A stretch of 64,000 bases of DNA from Nitrospirota bacterium (GTDB lineage Bacteria > Nitrospirota > Nitrospiria > 2-01-FULL-66-17): the NCBI GenBank assembly GCA_049325335.1, contig JBMOMC010000001.1, forward strand, positions 320,001 through 384,000, given 5' to 3'. Within the stretch, counting starts at the first letter, position 1. The number at the start of each line of letters is the position of its first letter. The position numbers and the translations under genes are program-made. Shown piece after piece: positions 1 through 11,770 of the stretch. The notes beneath the pieces were generated by a model, which saw only the letters and a list, made by a program, of their open reading frames with translations, was not told where the DNA came from and did no database searches.

Positions 1-99
1 CGCGCGCGTGTGAAATAGGGGCGATCGCCGCCCCGATGAACGGCCTGTCTTACCATAGACGGGGGCCTTTTGCAAGGCGTATACTCGCGTCGAACGCTG

Positions 100-897
100 A
101 TGGAGAGCGCCCCCGACATACTGAACGGAGATGCCGTCGCGGTGCGCCCTCCGGAGGACGTCACGACCTGGAAGACGCGCGTCCGAATCGTGCTGGTGCG
201 GCCGGAACACGCGGGCAACATCGGCGCCGCGGCGCGCGCGCTCAAGAACTTCGGGCTCTCTCGATTGGACCTGGTCGCGCCCGAGTGTGGACACCTCACG
301 TCCGATTCGCTGAAGATGGCCTACGGCGCGCGCAATGTGATCGAAGGCGCCCGCATCCACGCGACTCTGCGCGAGGCGCTCGCGGACGCGCGATGGGCCG
401 CGGCCTTCGGCATGGCGCGACCCGACCGGCCCGACGCCCGCTGGCTGGCCGACGCCGCCCCCGCGCTCGCCGAGCAGGCGCACGCTCACGACACCGCGTT
501 GGTGTTCGGCCCCGAGCGCTCCGGTCTGTCCAACGACGAGCTCGCCCTGTGCCATCAACTTGTGGCCGTGCCCACCGACCCGGCGCAGCCCTCGCTCAAC
601 CTCGCCCAGGCCGTGTTGCTGGGCTGTTACGAACTCACCCGCGCCGCGAGTCCGCCGCCCGCGTCACCACGAGCGTTGGCCACCGGGGAGGAAATCGACG
701 GTCTCACCGATCACCTGGACACAACGTTGCACGCCATCGGCTTTCTCCAGCCGCCGCAGGGGCGTCGCCTGTTGCACGAACTGCGCGGATTCATCAGCCG
801 CGCGCAACCCTCCCCGCGTGAAGTCCGCGTGCTCCGCGGCATCCTTCGTCAGATCGGCTGGGCCATGAAGGGTGGGCGCGGGATGGACCACTCGTGA
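100..897 (+). CDS. trmJ: tRNA (cytidine/uridine-2'-O)-methyltransferase, TrmJ/LasT (SPOUT) family
   Basis: IVLVRPEHAGNIGAAARALKNFG, ALVFGPERSGLSNDEL and PSLNLAQAV motifs; ATG at 100 preferred to TTG at 70. Confidence 0.85.
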   Translation: MESAPDILNGDAVAVRPPEDVTTWKTRVRIVLVRPEHAGNIGAAARALKNFGLSRLDLVAPECGHLTSDSLKMAYGARNVIEGARIHATLREALADARWAAAFGMARPDRPDARWLADAAPALAEQAHAHDTALVFGPERSGLSNDELALCHQLVAVPTDPAQPSLNLAQAVLLGCYELTRAASPPPASPRALATGEEIDGLTDHLDTTLHAIGFLQPPQGRRLLHELRGFISRAQPSPREVRVLRGILRQIGWAMKGGRGMDHS

Positions 898-915
898 GGG
901 AATTACCTCGCACGC

Positions 916-1668
916 TCACTCCGGCCTGACCGCGAGCCCATACCGAGCCTGAATCTCCGCGATGCGCGTTCGACAACGCGTCACGAGTTCTGGATCCCGC
1001 TTCGCTTCGTAGACCGCCACCAGCCCCCGCAGCGCCTCAGCCTCGCCCGTGGGGTCGCCCAGGCTGATGAAGTGGCTGGAAGAGAAATTAAAGCACGTCT
1101 CGGCCTGATCGAGCGTCCCGATCTGGAGGAACGCCCGTCCGAGTTGCCCCCAGGTTCCGGCCAACCCTTCTTCAAATCCCGAGCGTTTGTGAAAGTCGAT
1201 CGCGGTCTTGAGCGCAATAATCGCGTCCTCGAGCTTTCCGGCGTCCAGTTCCAGCAATCCCACGTTGCTGTGCAGGACGCCGAGCGACCGAGCATCGGCC
1301 AACGGCGTCAGCAGGTCCAGCGCCTCCAAGTAGTAGGCCCGCGCCCGCTCGCGCGCTCCGGACTCGCGCGCGAGATTGCCCAGGTTCACCAACGCCTGCC
1401 CCGCCACCCGCGCGTCCGGCGCTTCGCGTTGCAGCGCGAGCACCTCCTGAAAACACGCCCGCGCCGCGTCCCGATTTCCCAGCGCGGCCTGGACGCTGCC
1501 GACGTTCAACAAGACCGGCATCACCCGCTCCGGCTGCCCCCGCCGCCGTTCCTCGGCCAACGCCTCCTCAAAACACCGCCGCGCCGCCTCCAGTTGCCCG
1601 CGATGCCAGAAAATCTCGCCGCGACGAAACGCGGGAGAATGGTTGTCAACCGGGTCATCGTCCGCCAT
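916..1668 (-). CDS. Tetratricopeptide repeat protein
   Basis: Repeated helical motifs (LNVGSV..ALG..AARACFQEVL; NLGNL..GARERARAYYLEAL); ATG at 1668. Confidence 0.8.
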   Translation of the reverse strand: MADDDPVDNHSPAFRRGEIFWHRGQLEAARRCFEEALAEERRRGQPERVMPVLLNVGSVQAALGNRDAARACFQEVLALQREAPDARVAGQALVNLGNLARESGARERARAYYLEALDLLTPLADARSLGVLHSNVGLLELDAGKLEDAIIALKTAIDFHKRSGFEEGLAGTWGQLGRAFLQIGTLDQAETCFNFSSSHFISLGDPTGEAEALRGLVAVYEAKRDPELVTRCRTRIAEIQARYGLAVRPE

Positions 1669-1727
1669 ACCCAGCCTGTAACACCCACGTGGAATGCCTG
1701 TCAGACCTGGAAGTGAACATGGCGTAT

Positions 1728-3404
1728 TCACCCCAGCTCGCCGAGCGTGAAATACATGGTGGCGCCTTTCCCCACCGCGCCCTCGGCCCAGACGCGCCCG
1801 CCGTGGCGCCGAACGATGCGCTGCACGATCGCGAGCCCGATCCCGGTGCCCGGGAATTCGGCAACGGGGTGCAGGCGCTGGAACGCTGTAAAGAGTCGTT
1901 CGGCATATGCGTTGTCGAACCCGGCGCCGTTGTCGCGCACCCAGTACACCGCCTCGGGGTCACGGCGCACCCCGAGTTCGATGCGGGGATGCTCGGTCCG
2001 CCCGGTAAATTTCCACGCATTGCCCAGCAAATTCTCCAGCACGATCCGCAGCAACCCTAAGTCCCCTCGCGCCGTCACGTCCGTTTCGATGACCACCTCG
2101 ACCGCCCGGCCCGGATCACTTGCGCGCAGCGCCGAGGCCACCCCCTGCGCAAGGGCGCTCAGGTCCACCGGATCCCGGCGCAGGGTCGCCCGGCTGACGC
2201 GGGCCAGCGCCAGCAGATCGTCAATGAGCACGCCCATCCGCTGGGCCGCCGCTCGGACGCGCCGCAAATGATCCTGTGCCGTCGCATCGAGCCGTTCGCA
2301 GTGCTCGTCGAGCAGCAGTTTGCTGAACCCGTCGATCACCCGCAGCGGGGCGCGCAAATCATGCGACACGGAGGAGCTGAAACTCTCCAATTCCTGGTTG
2401 GCCGTTTCGAGCTGGGCGGTCCGCTCCGCGACCCGTTGCTCCAGGTGTTGGTTCAGCCGCTGGATCTCCTCCTCCGCCCGCTTGCGGTCGGCAATCTCCC
2501 GCTCCAGTTCGGCCGTTCGCGTCTTCACTTTTTCTTCGAGCAATGCGTTGGCCGCCTTCAACTCCGCCTGGAGTCGCACGTTCTGGTGATCGAGGTGAAA
2601 CCGCGCCACCGCATGTTCAACCGCGGAGGGAAGCTGCATCAGATAATTCTCGCGCTTGACGATATAGTCGTACGCTCCCAGACGGAGCGCGGCCACCGCG
2701 GCGTTTTCATCGCCCTGTCCGGTCACCACGATGCAGGGCACTGCACGTTCCCACCGGCGCAGCTCGGATAAGAAATCCAGCGCATTGACGCCGGGCATGC
2801 GCAGATCGATGACGACCACATCGTACGGCGTCCCGCCTCGGATGAGCTCAAGCGCTTCCTCGCTGCTGCGCGAGACGTTCAGCACACAGCGGGGCGCGTG
2901 GTCCGAAAGATACCGCGTCGTCAAATCGACGTCCGTCTCAATATGCTCGACCAACAGCATCCGGATCGCGGCGGGCCGCCGCATGGTTGCCCGCTTCTGA
3001 TGCTCCTGATAGACCGACTTGAGAAGGACCGGGAGGCCGGGAAGATAGTCGCCGCGCTTTGGAACGTACTGCGCTGCGCCCAGCCGAAGCGCCTGAACCA
3101 CGAGGTCCTCGTCGCCCCGGCCGGTCACCATCACGATGGGCTGATCGATGCCGAGTCGTATCGCCGCCGTTAACACATCCAGCCCATCCATGTCGTGCAA
3201 ATGATGATCGAGCAGGAGCAGGTCGAATTCGCCGCCGCGAATCCGGCGCAGACACTCCTCGCCGGTGGCCACGACCTGAAGGACGACGTCCGGCGCTTCG
3301 CGAGCGAAGGCGGCCTTGGTCAGGTCCGCGTCCACGGGATTATCTTCGGCGTAGAGCACGCGCATCGGATTCGCTGCCCCGCCGGCACTGGCCTGCGGCG
3401 TCAT
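1728..3404 (-). CDS. Hybrid sensor histidine kinase (REC-REC-HisKA-HATPase_c)
   Basis: Two receiver domains ([16 protein letters not shown]), H-box [11 protein letters not shown]-box [10 protein letters not shown] boxes DNGAGF and GTGIGLAIV. Confidence 0.92.
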   Translation of the reverse strand: MTPQASAGGAANPMRVLYAEDNPVDADLTKAAFAREAPDVVLQVVATGEECLRRIRGGEFDLLLLDHHLHDMDGLDVLTAAIRLGIDQPIVMVTGRGDEDLVVQALRLGAAQYVPKRGDYLPGLPVLLKSVYQEHQKRATMRRPAAIRMLLVEHIETDVDLTTRYLSDHAPRCVLNVSRSSEEALELIRGGTPYDVVVIDLRMPGVNALDFLSELRRWERAVPCIVVTGQGDENAAVAALRLGAYDYIVKRENYLMQLPSAVEHAVARFHLDHQNVRLQAELKAANALLEEKVKTRTAELEREIADRKRAEEEIQRLNQHLEQRVAERTAQLETANQELESFSSSVSHDLRAPLRVIDGFSKLLLDEHCERLDATAQDHLRRVRAAAQRMGVLIDDLLALARVSRATLRRDPVDLSALAQGVASALRASDPGRAVEVVIETDVTARGDLGLLRIVLENLLGNAWKFTGRTEHPRIELGVRRDPEAVYWVRDNGAGFDNAYAERLFTAFQRLHPVAEFPGTGIGLAIVQRIVRRHGGRVWAEGAVGKGATMYFTLGELG

Positions 3405-3898
3405 TGCATGGCGTCCCGTTCCTCCCCTAACCTATTGCTGGAATTCGGCGCCTCATTGGTCAGCACCCAATACAGTTTGAGCATCTTGGTCAGCTCGGAG
3501 AATTGGGGGAAATCCACCGGCTTGACGATGTAGGAATTCACCCCCAAGTCGTACGCGCGGTTGATGTCGGTGTTTTCGCGGGAGGTCGTCAACACGATGA
3601 ACGGGATCCGCTTCCAGATCGGATGCTCACGGGCCTGCCGCAGCACCTCGATCCCGTCCACCTTGGGAAGCCGCAGATCCAGCAGCACGATCAGCGGCAG
3701 ATCGGGATCATCCGGCGCGTGGTGCCGTTCGATGAATTCCAGCGCCTCCTCGCCGTCGCGGCAGATCAGGATCGGATTGGTAATCCCCTGCTCCTTCATC
3801 GCCTTCACGGTGAGGTCCAGGTCCATCGGGTTGTCGTCGACCAACAAAATGGGTTGCAGGCGCCCCATGTGCTCGGTCGTTCCGGATTGCCGCTCCAT
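3401..3898 (-). CDS. Single-domain response regulator, Rcp1-like
   Basis: [37 protein letters not shown] and C-terminal YW, typical of Rcp1-type receivers; 4-nt overlap with the downstream kinase. Confidence 0.92.
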   Translation of the reverse strand: MERQSGTTEHMGRLQPILLVDDNPMDLDLTVKAMKEQGITNPILICRDGEEALEFIERHHAPDDPDLPLIVLLDLRLPKVDGIEVLRQAREHPIWKRIPFIVLTTSRENTDINRAYDLGVNSYIVKPVDFPQFSELTKMLKLYWVLTNEAPNSSNRLGEERDAMQ

Positions 3899-3926
3899 CC
3901 ATACCCTCCTGAGGCGCCGGTGACGA

Positions 3927-6893
3927 TTACCCGTTTGGGTTCACCGAACTCTTCTTTGGCCATTCCGCGAAAAACGTGGCGCCCTGGCCTTTCGCCGACT
4001 CGGCCCACACCCGGCCGCCCATCTTGTCGATCACCTTCTTGACGATCGCCAGGCCCGCGCCGGTCCCCTCGAACTCGTCCTGACGCACCAACCGATTGAA
4101 CAGGCCGAAGATCCGGTCGTGATACTTCATGTCGAACCCGATCCCATTGTCCGTGACCGTGATCCGGTACCAGTCCGGCGATTCCTTCCCCTGTATCTCG
4201 ACGCGAGGCGAGGCGGCCTTGCGGCTGTACTTGAGGGCGTTGTCAATGAGGTTGGCCAAAACCTGTCGCATGCCCTGCTCCCAGCCTCGGACCCGGGTCA
4301 GAGGCATCGCGACCGACAGGTCGGTCTGTTGCTCGGCGATGATCGGTTCACGGTCCTTGAGAATCGCCGAGACCATTTCATTCAGATCGAGGTCCGTGAT
4401 CGTGGGCGTCTCCCGGTCCAACTGGGAATAATGCAGGAGATCTTCGATCAGGTGGCTCAGATTGTTCGAAGCCGTCACGATCTGGTCCAGGCAAAACATC
4501 GCGCGATCGGCCAGCCCGGTGTTGTGTTCCCGAATCAACTCCTGGGCATAGCCGGTGATCCCGCGCAGCGGGGCCTTGAGATCGTGCGAAACCGTGTAGG
4601 AAAAGGCCTTGAGCTCGTCGTTGCGGGCCCGTAACAGGGACTCCAACGCTTTCCGTTCGGTGATATCTCGAGCAACGGCGTAAATGGTCTCGGTCTCAAC
4701 GTGGGTCGTCGCGGCCCAGAGAAACCAACGGTAGGTCCCGTCTTTCCGGCGGTACCGATTTTCGAACGCGACCGTGACACCCCCTTGGGCCAACTTCGCC
4801 GCCTCGGCGGCGGTCGCCGGCCGATCCTCGGGATGGACGAAGTCCAGGAACGGCCGGGACAACAGTTCGTCGGTGGAATATCCCAAGACGTGTTCCCAGG
4901 CGGGGTTCAGCTTCTTGAAGGTGCCGTCAAACCCGGCCAGACAGATAATATCTAACGCGAGGGTGAAAAAACGATCCACTTGCGCGTGGGCGGCGGCCGC
5001 CTCGGCGGTCCGCTCCAGGACGCGTCGTTCCAATTCGTCGTGCGACCGCTTAAGCGCCGCCTCGGTCCGACGCTGCTCGATGGCGATGCCCGCCAGCCGC
5101 GCCGCCCGCTCGATGAGAAACAGCTCCCATGCGCCGGGCGCCTTGGGCTCGCGGTAATAGATCGCGAAACTGCCCAACACATGACGACCGGCCGAAAGAA
5201 TCGGCTCCGACCAACAGGCCCGCAAATCGTGCTGGAGCGCCACGTCCTTATAGTCCGCCCAGAGGGGATCGGTGGCGATGTCCGTCACGATCACCCGCTC
5301 GCCCCGATACGCGGCCGTCCCGCAGGAGCCAACCGACGGCCCGATCGCCACGCCGTCGATCGCCCGATTGTAGGCCTCCGGCAGATGCGGCGCCGCCCCC
5401 TGGAGAAGGTGCTGCCCGTCTTCATCCAACAGCAGGACGGAACAGACCATGGCCGTGTTCTGCTCCTCGATGCCGAGCGCCAGCGTGCGGAGAATCTCCG
5501 GGAGCGCCCCGCCGGTGACGATCAGCTCCTGAACCTGGTGCTGCGTGGCCTGGAACCGTTCCATCCGCTTGCGTTCGGTGATATCGCGGATGGAACTCAT
5601 CACCAGGAGGCCTTCCGCGGTCGGCAACGGGGCGAGACTGATCTCGACCGGAAACTCGCTCCCATCGTTTCGCCGCCCGGAGAGCGTCCTCCCGTTTCCC
5701 ATCGGGCGGGTCGTCGGATCGGCCGCAAACTGTGACCGGTGGCCGATATGGTCCTCCCGAACGCGCTCCGGCAGCAGCATCTCGACCGACCGGCCGATCA
5801 TCTCCTCCCGCCGGTACCCGAACAACGCTTCGGTCTGCCCGTTGACCACCAGAATTTTCCCACCGGCATCGGCCACCACGATGCCGTCCGGCGCGTGCTC
5901 GATCACGCCGCGAACACGTGCCTCGCTCTCGAGCAACGCCGCGTTGGCGCCGGCCAACTGGCTGGTCCGTTCCCGCACCAGTTCCTCCAACCGTTCCTGC
6001 GCGGTGGTGAGCGCCTCATCAGCCCGCGTGCGTTCGGTGATATCCCGAAAGATGCTCTGGGTGACGCAGACGCCGTCGGGCCCCACCCGGCCATTGGCGT
6101 TGCCCTGAACCCGGATCGTTCGACCGGCCTTGGTGACGAAGGTGGCCTCAACGTTCGCCACCGCCTGGCCCGAAAGGACGCGCTGAAAAGCCTCCATGCA
6201 GTGCGCGCGGCTCTCCGGATGGATCACGTCGAAGAGACTGAGCGCGCCGACCTCCTCCTCGCGATAGCCCAATGCCTCGCGCCAGGCCCGATTCACAAAG
6301 GTAAACCGGCCGTCGGGCGTCACGCTCTGGATCAAGTCATGGGCATCCTCAAGGAATCGTTTCAGATCCTCTTCGCGCCGCCCCAGCCGAGCGTTGGTGC
6401 GATTGAGGCTGATCTGAGCCATCTCGTCGCCGGCGATCCGACTCAAGTCGAGCAACGTCCGCCGTTCCGCCTCGCTGAGCGTGCGGGGCCGGCGATCGAT
6501 GAGACAGAGCGTGCCGAGGCGATGGTCGTTCGCATCGAGCAGGGGCTGGCCGGCGTAGAAGCGGATGTAGGGCTCGCCCGTCACCAGCGGGTTGTCGGCA
6601 AAGCGGGCATCCTGTGCGGCGTCCGGCACGATGAAGACGTCGTCGCTGAGGACGGCATGGCCGCAAAAGGAGATCGACCGCGGCGTCTCCTTCGCGGAGA
6701 GTCCCACGCAGGATTTGAACCACTGGCGGTCCGAGTCCACCAGGCTCACCAGCGCGATTGGCACATCGAAGATCCGCGCCGCAAGCCGGGTGATCCGGTC
6801 GAACCGCTCCTCCGGCGGCGTGTCCAGAACCGACAGGCTCTGCAAGGCCCGCAGCCGCTGGTCTTCGTTGAGGGGGCGGGGCGGCGCGATCAT
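3927..6893 (-). CDS. Multi-sensor histidine kinase (GAF-PAS-PAS-GAF-PAS-HisKA-HATPase_c)
   Basis: N-terminal GAF (EDQRLRALQSLSVLDTPPEERFDRITRLA), PAS/PAC repeats ending in RDITERK, SVGSCG GAF, SHDLKAPL H-box; start ATG at 6893. Confidence 0.92.
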   Translation of the reverse strand: MIAPPRPLNEDQRLRALQSLSVLDTPPEERFDRITRLAARIFDVPIALVSLVDSDRQWFKSCVGLSAKETPRSISFCGHAVLSDDVFIVPDAAQDARFADNPLVTGEPYIRFYAGQPLLDANDHRLGTLCLIDRRPRTLSEAERRTLLDLSRIAGDEMAQISLNRTNARLGRREEDLKRFLEDAHDLIQSVTPDGRFTFVNRAWREALGYREEEVGALSLFDVIHPESRAHCMEAFQRVLSGQAVANVEATFVTKAGRTIRVQGNANGRVGPDGVCVTQSIFRDITERTRADEALTTAQERLEELVRERTSQLAGANAALLESEARVRGVIEHAPDGIVVADAGGKILVVNGQTEALFGYRREEMIGRSVEMLLPERVREDHIGHRSQFAADPTTRPMGNGRTLSGRRNDGSEFPVEISLAPLPTAEGLLVMSSIRDITERKRMERFQATQHQVQELIVTGGALPEILRTLALGIEEQNTAMVCSVLLLDEDGQHLLQGAAPHLPEAYNRAIDGVAIGPSVGSCGTAAYRGERVIVTDIATDPLWADYKDVALQHDLRACWSEPILSAGRHVLGSFAIYYREPKAPGAWELFLIERAARLAGIAIEQRRTEAALKRSHDELERRVLERTAEAAAAHAQVDRFFTLALDIICLAGFDGTFKKLNPAWEHVLGYSTDELLSRPFLDFVHPEDRPATAAEAAKLAQGGVTVAFENRYRRKDGTYRWFLWAATTHVETETIYAVARDITERKALESLLRARNDELKAFSYTVSHDLKAPLRGITGYAQELIREHNTGLADRAMFCLDQIVTASNNLSHLIEDLLHYSQLDRETPTITDLDLNEMVSAILKDREPIIAEQQTDLSVAMPLTRVRGWEQGMRQVLANLIDNALKYSRKAASPRVEIQGKESPDWYRITVTDNGIGFDMKYHDRIFGLFNRLVRQDEFEGTGAGLAIVKKVIDKMGGRVWAESAKGQGATFFAEWPKKSSVNPNG

Positions 6894-7165
6894 CACATGC
6901 TCATGACGGAGAGGGACTGTCTCGCTCCAAAGACTGGAGGCGCGATGAGGGAGCCTCGTTCGGTGGAACCGACCGACAACCCATTCGTCCCCCCTCCCGA
7001 CCGGGAGATGGTGACGGAACCAGCAGACCTTCTTTGGAGAGGCGAAGACTATAACACAACGTCTCGTCCAGCGGCTACGGACTCGGACGTTCCCGCACCG
7101 GGGGGGGCGTGTCCTGGAACGGGTCCGCCTGTTATACCGGGACTGTCCGCCAGGGCCGCCTCGCC

Positions 7166-7195
7166 TTGCGCCTCGGCGCGCCGGTTTGGTATGAT
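7166..7195 (+). promoter_or_regulatory. sigma70-type promoter placing the TSS at the helicase GTG start (leaderless)
   Basis: TTGCGC-18bp-TATGAT, then 7 nt to GTG at 7203. Confidence 0.55.
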
Positions 7196-7202
7196 GCGCG
7201 GC

Positions 7203-8630
7203 GTGATTGACACTCCGTCTGTTCCCGAGGCCGAGTCGGCCCCGGGTGAGTCCGGCGAACCGGCCGTTCCCCGCCTCACGACCTCGACCACGTTTCATTC
7301 GCTGCCGATCGCGCCCGAGGTCCTGCAAGGGCTCGACCAACTGGGGTACACCCACTGCACCCCGATCCAGGAGCGTACGCTGCCGATCACGCTTTCGGGT
7401 AAAGACGTGGCGGGACAAGCGCAGACCGGCACCGGCAAAACCGCCGCGTTCCTGGTGAGCGTGTTTACCCGGCTCTTGCGCACGCCGCCCTCACCCAAGG
7501 GCCCGCGGTCCAGTCCGCGGGCATTGGTGATCGCTCCCACGCGCGAACTCGCCGTGCAAATCGAGCAGGAAGCCCGTGTGGTCGGCGCCTTCACCGGCCT
7601 GTCCATGATGGCGGTGTTCGGCGGGGTGGACTACACCAAGCAGCGCGACGACCTCGCCGCGGGCGTGGATCTCTTGGTCGGGACGCCGGGCCGGCTCATC
7701 GACTATTTCAAACAAAAGGTGTACGACCTGCGGCGCACCGAAATCATCGTCATCGACGAGGCCGATCGCATGTTCGACATGGGATTCATCGCGGACATTC
7801 GTTATCTGCTCCGGCGCATGCCGCCGTATGACAAGCGCCAGTCCATGTTGTTCTCTGCCACCCTGTCCATGCGGGTGATGGAACTCTGTTACGAGCACAT
7901 GAACAACCCCGAAAAAGTGTCCATCACGCCACGGCGGCTCACCGCGGATAAAATTCAGGAAGCCTTGTACCACGTGGAACGCTCCCGCAAGTTCTCCTTA
8001 TTGGCCGGATTGCTCAATCGCGAACCCTGGGAACGCGTCCTTATTTTCGTGAACACCAAACACGTTGGCGAGCGCCTCGCGGACCAGATCAATCACCACG
8101 GGTACACGGCGCGGGCGATCACCGGCGACATCCCTCAACCCAAGCGCCTCAAATATCTTGAGCGATTCAAGAAGGGGGAGATCAAGGTCCTCGTGGCCAC
8201 CGACGTGGCCTCGCGCGGGTTACACATCGAGGGCGTCTCGATCGTGGTCAATTACGACATTCCCCAGGACCCGGAAGACTACGTCCACCGTATCGGGCGC
8301 ACCGCGCGCGCCGGCGCCGCGGGCAAGGCCATCTCCCTGGCATGCGAAGAGTACGTCATGGCGCTGGAGGCCATCGAGGAGTATATCGGGCACAAGATTC
8401 CGGTGGAGTGGGCGGAAGACGAGTGGTTCGCCAAGGTCACCGCCGTGCCGCGCCGTCCCCGCCGTCCGGAGGGCGAGGGCCTGCGCCGCGCAAGCCACGG
8501 CCCCGCTGCCCGCCAAGGCGGACGGCCAGCCGCGGCTTCCGGGGCCGGTTCAACGTCGGCTTCATCCGGTCGCCCGCGCCGCCGACGTCGTGGTTCCAAG
8601 TCCGGCACGCCGCCGCCCGCGGCGTCTTGA
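7203..8630 (+). CDS. rhlB: DEAD-box ATP-dependent RNA helicase, RhlB-like
   Basis: Q motif (CTPIQ), AQTGTGKT, PTRELA, TPGRL, DEADRM, SAT, YVHRIGRTAR and a basic C-terminal tail. Confidence 0.85.
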   Translation: MIDTPSVPEAESAPGESGEPAVPRLTTSTTFHSLPIAPEVLQGLDQLGYTHCTPIQERTLPITLSGKDVAGQAQTGTGKTAAFLVSVFTRLLRTPPSPKGPRSSPRALVIAPTRELAVQIEQEARVVGAFTGLSMMAVFGGVDYTKQRDDLAAGVDLLVGTPGRLIDYFKQKVYDLRRTEIIVIDEADRMFDMGFIADIRYLLRRMPPYDKRQSMLFSATLSMRVMELCYEHMNNPEKVSITPRRLTADKIQEALYHVERSRKFSLLAGLLNREPWERVLIFVNTKHVGERLADQINHHGYTARAITGDIPQPKRLKYLERFKKGEIKVLVATDVASRGLHIEGVSIVVNYDIPQDPEDYVHRIGRTARAGAAGKAISLACEEYVMALEAIEEYIGHKIPVEWAEDEWFAKVTAVPRRPRRPEGEGLRRASHGPAARQGGRPAAASGAGSTSASSGRPRRRRRGSKSGTPPPAAS

Positions 8631-8680
8631 CCCCCCCCTCCCTCGTTGTTTAAGATGCAACCCTGTCGCGGAGTGCTCCG

Positions 8681-8941
8681 ATGGCCGTGGTGAAATTTGA
8701 AGACGCGCTGGGACGCCTGGAAACCATTGTCCAGACCCTTGAGCGCGGGGACCTCTCCCTCGACGAATCCCTCAAGGCGTTCGAAGAAGGGGTCAAACTT
8801 TCCAAGAACTGCTTGAAACTCCTCGACGACGCCGAGCGGCGCGTGGAGATGTTGGTAGGCGAGCGGGGACGCAAGAAGACGCAGCCCTTTCCCACGGACG
8901 ATGCCGACGCAGAGACCGCCGATGCCGGTGACCAGCGCTAA
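8681..8941 (+). CDS. xseB: Exodeoxyribonuclease VII small subunit
   Basis: KFEDALGRLETIVQTLERGDLSLDESLKAFEEG; conserved xseB-ispA-dxs order. Confidence 0.95.
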   Translation: MAVVKFEDALGRLETIVQTLERGDLSLDESLKAFEEGVKLSKNCLKLLDDAERRVEMLVGERGRKKTQPFPTDDADAETADAGDQR

Positions 8942-9863
8942 CGCGCCGATCGCAACGTATCTGGACGACCAACGTGCGGTGGTGGATCACGCGTTGCGCA
9001 ACGCCTTACCCGGCTCCGAGACGCCCTCCATCCTTCGCGAGGCAGTGGCCTATAGCGTCCTGGCCGGCGGCAAGCGGATTCGCCCGATCCTGGCGCTCGC
9101 CGCGTGCGAGGCGGTCGGAGCGGACAGTCATCGCATCGTGCCGTTGGTCGTGTCCCTGGAATTCGTGCACACGTATTCGTTGATCCACGACGACCTTCCG
9201 GCCATGGACGACGATGATTTGCGTCGGGGGTGCCCCACGAACCACCGCGTGTTCGGGGAAGACATGGCGATCCTAGCCGGAGACGCGTTACAGGCCCTGG
9301 CCTTTGCCGCGCTCACGGACAGCCGGCACGGCGGCGACCTCCCGGCCGCGGTGCGGCTAGCGGCCGTCGCGGAATTGGCCGCGGCCGCGGGAGCGGCGGG
9401 ATTGGTGGGCGGACAAGCTTTGGACCTGCGCGCCGCGGCGCCGCCCTCCGTGGCGCCTGGCGATCAGGCGGCCCGCGCGGCCGCGCTCGCAACCTTGGAC
9501 GACATTCACGCGCGCAAGACCGGCGCGCTGATCCGCGCCGCGGTGCGCATGGGCGCGATCCTGGGTCGCGCGACCGAGGCCCAGCTTCCGGCGCTCACGC
9601 GCTACGGCGAGGCCGTCGGCCTGCTGTTTCAGATCGCGGACGACGTGCTGGACGTGGAAGCCACGGCCGAAGAAATGGGCAAAGCCACGGGAAAGGATCG
9701 AGACCGACGCAAGTGGGCGTATCCCGCAGTGGTCGGCGTAGCCGCGTCCCGCGAGATCGCGGACACGTGCCTGCACGACGCGCTGGACGCCCTGTCCGGT
9801 TTTCCCGAGGCCGCAGACCCGCTGCGGGGCATCGCGCGCTACATCTTGGATCGCCGGTCATGA
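8922..9863 (+). CDS. ispA: Farnesyl/geranylgeranyl diphosphate synthase
   Basis: [46 protein letters not shown]. Confidence 0.93.
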   Translation: MPVTSANAPIATYLDDQRAVVDHALRNALPGSETPSILREAVAYSVLAGGKRIRPILALAACEAVGADSHRIVPLVVSLEFVHTYSLIHDDLPAMDDDDLRRGCPTNHRVFGEDMAILAGDALQALAFAALTDSRHGGDLPAAVRLAAVAELAAAAGAAGLVGGQALDLRAAAPPSVAPGDQAARAAALATLDDIHARKTGALIRAAVRMGAILGRATEAQLPALTRYGEAVGLLFQIADDVLDVEATAEEMGKATGKDRDRRKWAYPAVVGVAASREIADTCLHDALDALSGFPEAADPLRGIARYILDRRS

Positions 9864-11770
9864 GACTGCTCGACCACATCAATGCGCCGGAGGACCTCCG
9901 TCGCCTGTCCCCGGAACAGCTCCCCCAAGTCGCGGCTGAACTGCGCGAGACGATTATCGCCACGCTCGCGGCCAACGGCGGGCATTTTGCCGGGCCCTTA
10001 GGCGCGGTGGATTTGAACGTGGCGCTGCACTACGTGTTCGACACCCCGCGCGACCGGCTGGTCTGGGACGTGGGCTACCAAGCGTACGCGCACAAATTGC
10101 TCACCGGCCGACGCGAGCAGTTCCACACCTTGCGCCAACTGGACGGCATCAGCGGCTTCCCGCGTCGCGCCGAAAGCTCATACGACACGTTCGGCACGGG
10201 CCACGCGGCCACGTCGATCTCGGCCGCGCTCGGCATGGCCGAAGGCCGCGACCAGCTCTCGGCAGACAGCGAGGCCGCGCCGCGCAAGGTCGTCGCCATC
10301 ATCGGCGACGGCTCGATGACCGCCGGAATGGCGTTCGAGGGCCTCAACCAGGCCGGCGCGCTCAAGACCGATCTGATCGTGGTCTTAAACGACAACTCGA
10401 TGGCCATCTCCGAAAACGTCGGCGCGTTGTCGAGTTACTTGACTCGGATCATCACCGGCAAGCTATACACCAAGGTCAAGGAAGAGACCGAAGCCATCCT
10501 GCGGCACATCCCCAAGATCGGCCCGCCCATGCTCAAGATGGCCAAAAAGGCGGAAGAGTCGATGAAGGGCCTGTTCGTCCCGGGATTGCTGTTCGAGGAG
10601 ATGGGCTTTCGGTACATCGGCCCCATCGACGGCCACCGGTTGGACCACCTGGTCACCACGTTCGAGAACGTGAAACGCCTGTCGGGCCCGTTGCTGGTCC
10701 ACGTCATCACACACAAGGGCAAAGGGTATGAACCCGCCGAACGCAACCCCGTCGCGTTTCACGGCGTCACCCCGTTTGACCCCGTCACCGGCGCGTCCAA
10801 GAAAAAAGCGGGGCGGCCGTCGTACACCGCAGTGTTCGCCAACACCTTGATCGACCTGGCCCGCACGCGGCCGGAAGTCGTGGCCATCACCGCGGCCATG
10901 CCAGAGGGCACGGGCCTGAACCTGTTCGCGAAAGAATTCCCGGACCGCTACTACGACGTGGGCATCGCGGAACAACACGCGGTGACGTTCGCCGCGGGCT
11001 TGGCCACCGAGGGGATTCGGCCGGTGGTCGCGATCTATTCCACGTTCCTGCAACGCGCGTACGATCAAGTGGTCCACGACGTGTGTCTGCAAAATCTCCC
11101 GGTCCTCTTCTGCCTGGACCGCGGTGGCCTGGTGGGCGAAGACGGCGCCACCCACCACGGAGTGCTCGACTTGGCCTATCTGCGTCACATCCCCAACATG
11201 GTCGTCATGGCGCCCAAGGATGAAAACGAATTGCGTCACATGTTGCTCACCGGCTTGTTGCACGAAGGCCCGTGCGCGATCCGTTATCCGCGCGGCGAAT
11301 CCGAGGGCGTCTCGCCCGACCCCACCATCGTTCCCCTACCCATCGGCCGCGGGGAAATCGTCCGCGAGGGCGACGACGTGGCGTTGGTGGCGATCGGCGC
11401 CATGGTGCCGGTGGCGCTCAAAGCCGCGGAACTGCTGCGGGATCGCGGCGTGGCCGCCACCGTGGTCAACGCCCGTTTCGTCAAACCCCTGGACCGTGAA
11501 CTGCTGCTGGACGTGGCCGATCGCGTGCGTCGGATCGTGACCATTGAAGACCACGCATTGATGGGAGGGTTCGGGAGCGCGGTGCTGGAGCTGTTCGAAG
11601 AGGCGGACGCGCGTGGCGTGGAGGTACGTCGGATCGGTTTGCCGGACGCGTTCATCGAACATGGCGCGCAGAAGCTCTTGCGACAGCAGCACCGGCTGGA
11701 CCCCGAAGGCGTCGCGAACCGCGTGGCGGCGTTCCTGAAGTCGCCGCTCGAAGTCTCGGAGCCGGTCTAG
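9860..11770 (+). CDS. dxs: 1-deoxy-D-xylulose-5-phosphate synthase
   Basis: [19 protein letters not shown] motif [37 protein letters not shown] at 9860 overlaps the ispA stop. Confidence 0.97.
   Translation: MRLLDHINAPEDLRRLSPEQLPQVAAELRETIIATLAANGGHFAGPLGAVDLNVALHYVFDTPRDRLVWDVGYQAYAHKLLTGRREQFHTLRQLDGISGFPRRAESSYDTFGTGHAATSISAALGMAEGRDQLSADSEAAPRKVVAIIGDGSMTAGMAFEGLNQAGALKTDLIVVLNDNSMAISENVGALSSYLTRIITGKLYTKVKEETEAILRHIPKIGPPMLKMAKKAEESMKGLFVPGLLFEEMGFRYIGPIDGHRLDHLVTTFENVKRLSGPLLVHVITHKGKGYEPAERNPVAFHGVTPFDPVTGASKKKAGRPSYTAVFANTLIDLARTRPEVVAITAAMPEGTGLNLFAKEFPDRYYDVGIAEQHAVTFAAGLATEGIRPVVAIYSTFLQRAYDQVVHDVCLQNLPVLFCLDRGGLVGEDGATHHGVLDLAYLRHIPNMVVMAPKDENELRHMLLTGLLHEGPCAIRYPRGESEGVSPDPTIVPLPIGRGEIVREGDDVALVAIGAMVPVALKAAELLRDRGVAATVVNARFVKPLDRELLLDVADRVRRIVTIEDHALMGGFGSAVLELFEEADARGVEVRRIGLPDAFIEHGAQKLLRQQHRLDPEGVANRVAAFLKSPLEVSEPV

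Noticed and set aside
5739..7418. Long N-terminal extensions on the helicase (from 5739) and the kinase (from 7418) in the ORF track
   Set aside because: They overlap each other antisense. Recognisable domains begin at 7203 and 6893, with promoter-like motifs between them.
9230..9859. Extension of dxs upstream of 9860 (likewise the rnr, GH57 and methyltransferase extensions)
   Set aside because: Arg/Pro-rich read-through overlapping the preceding real gene; coupled or promoter-matched starts fit better.
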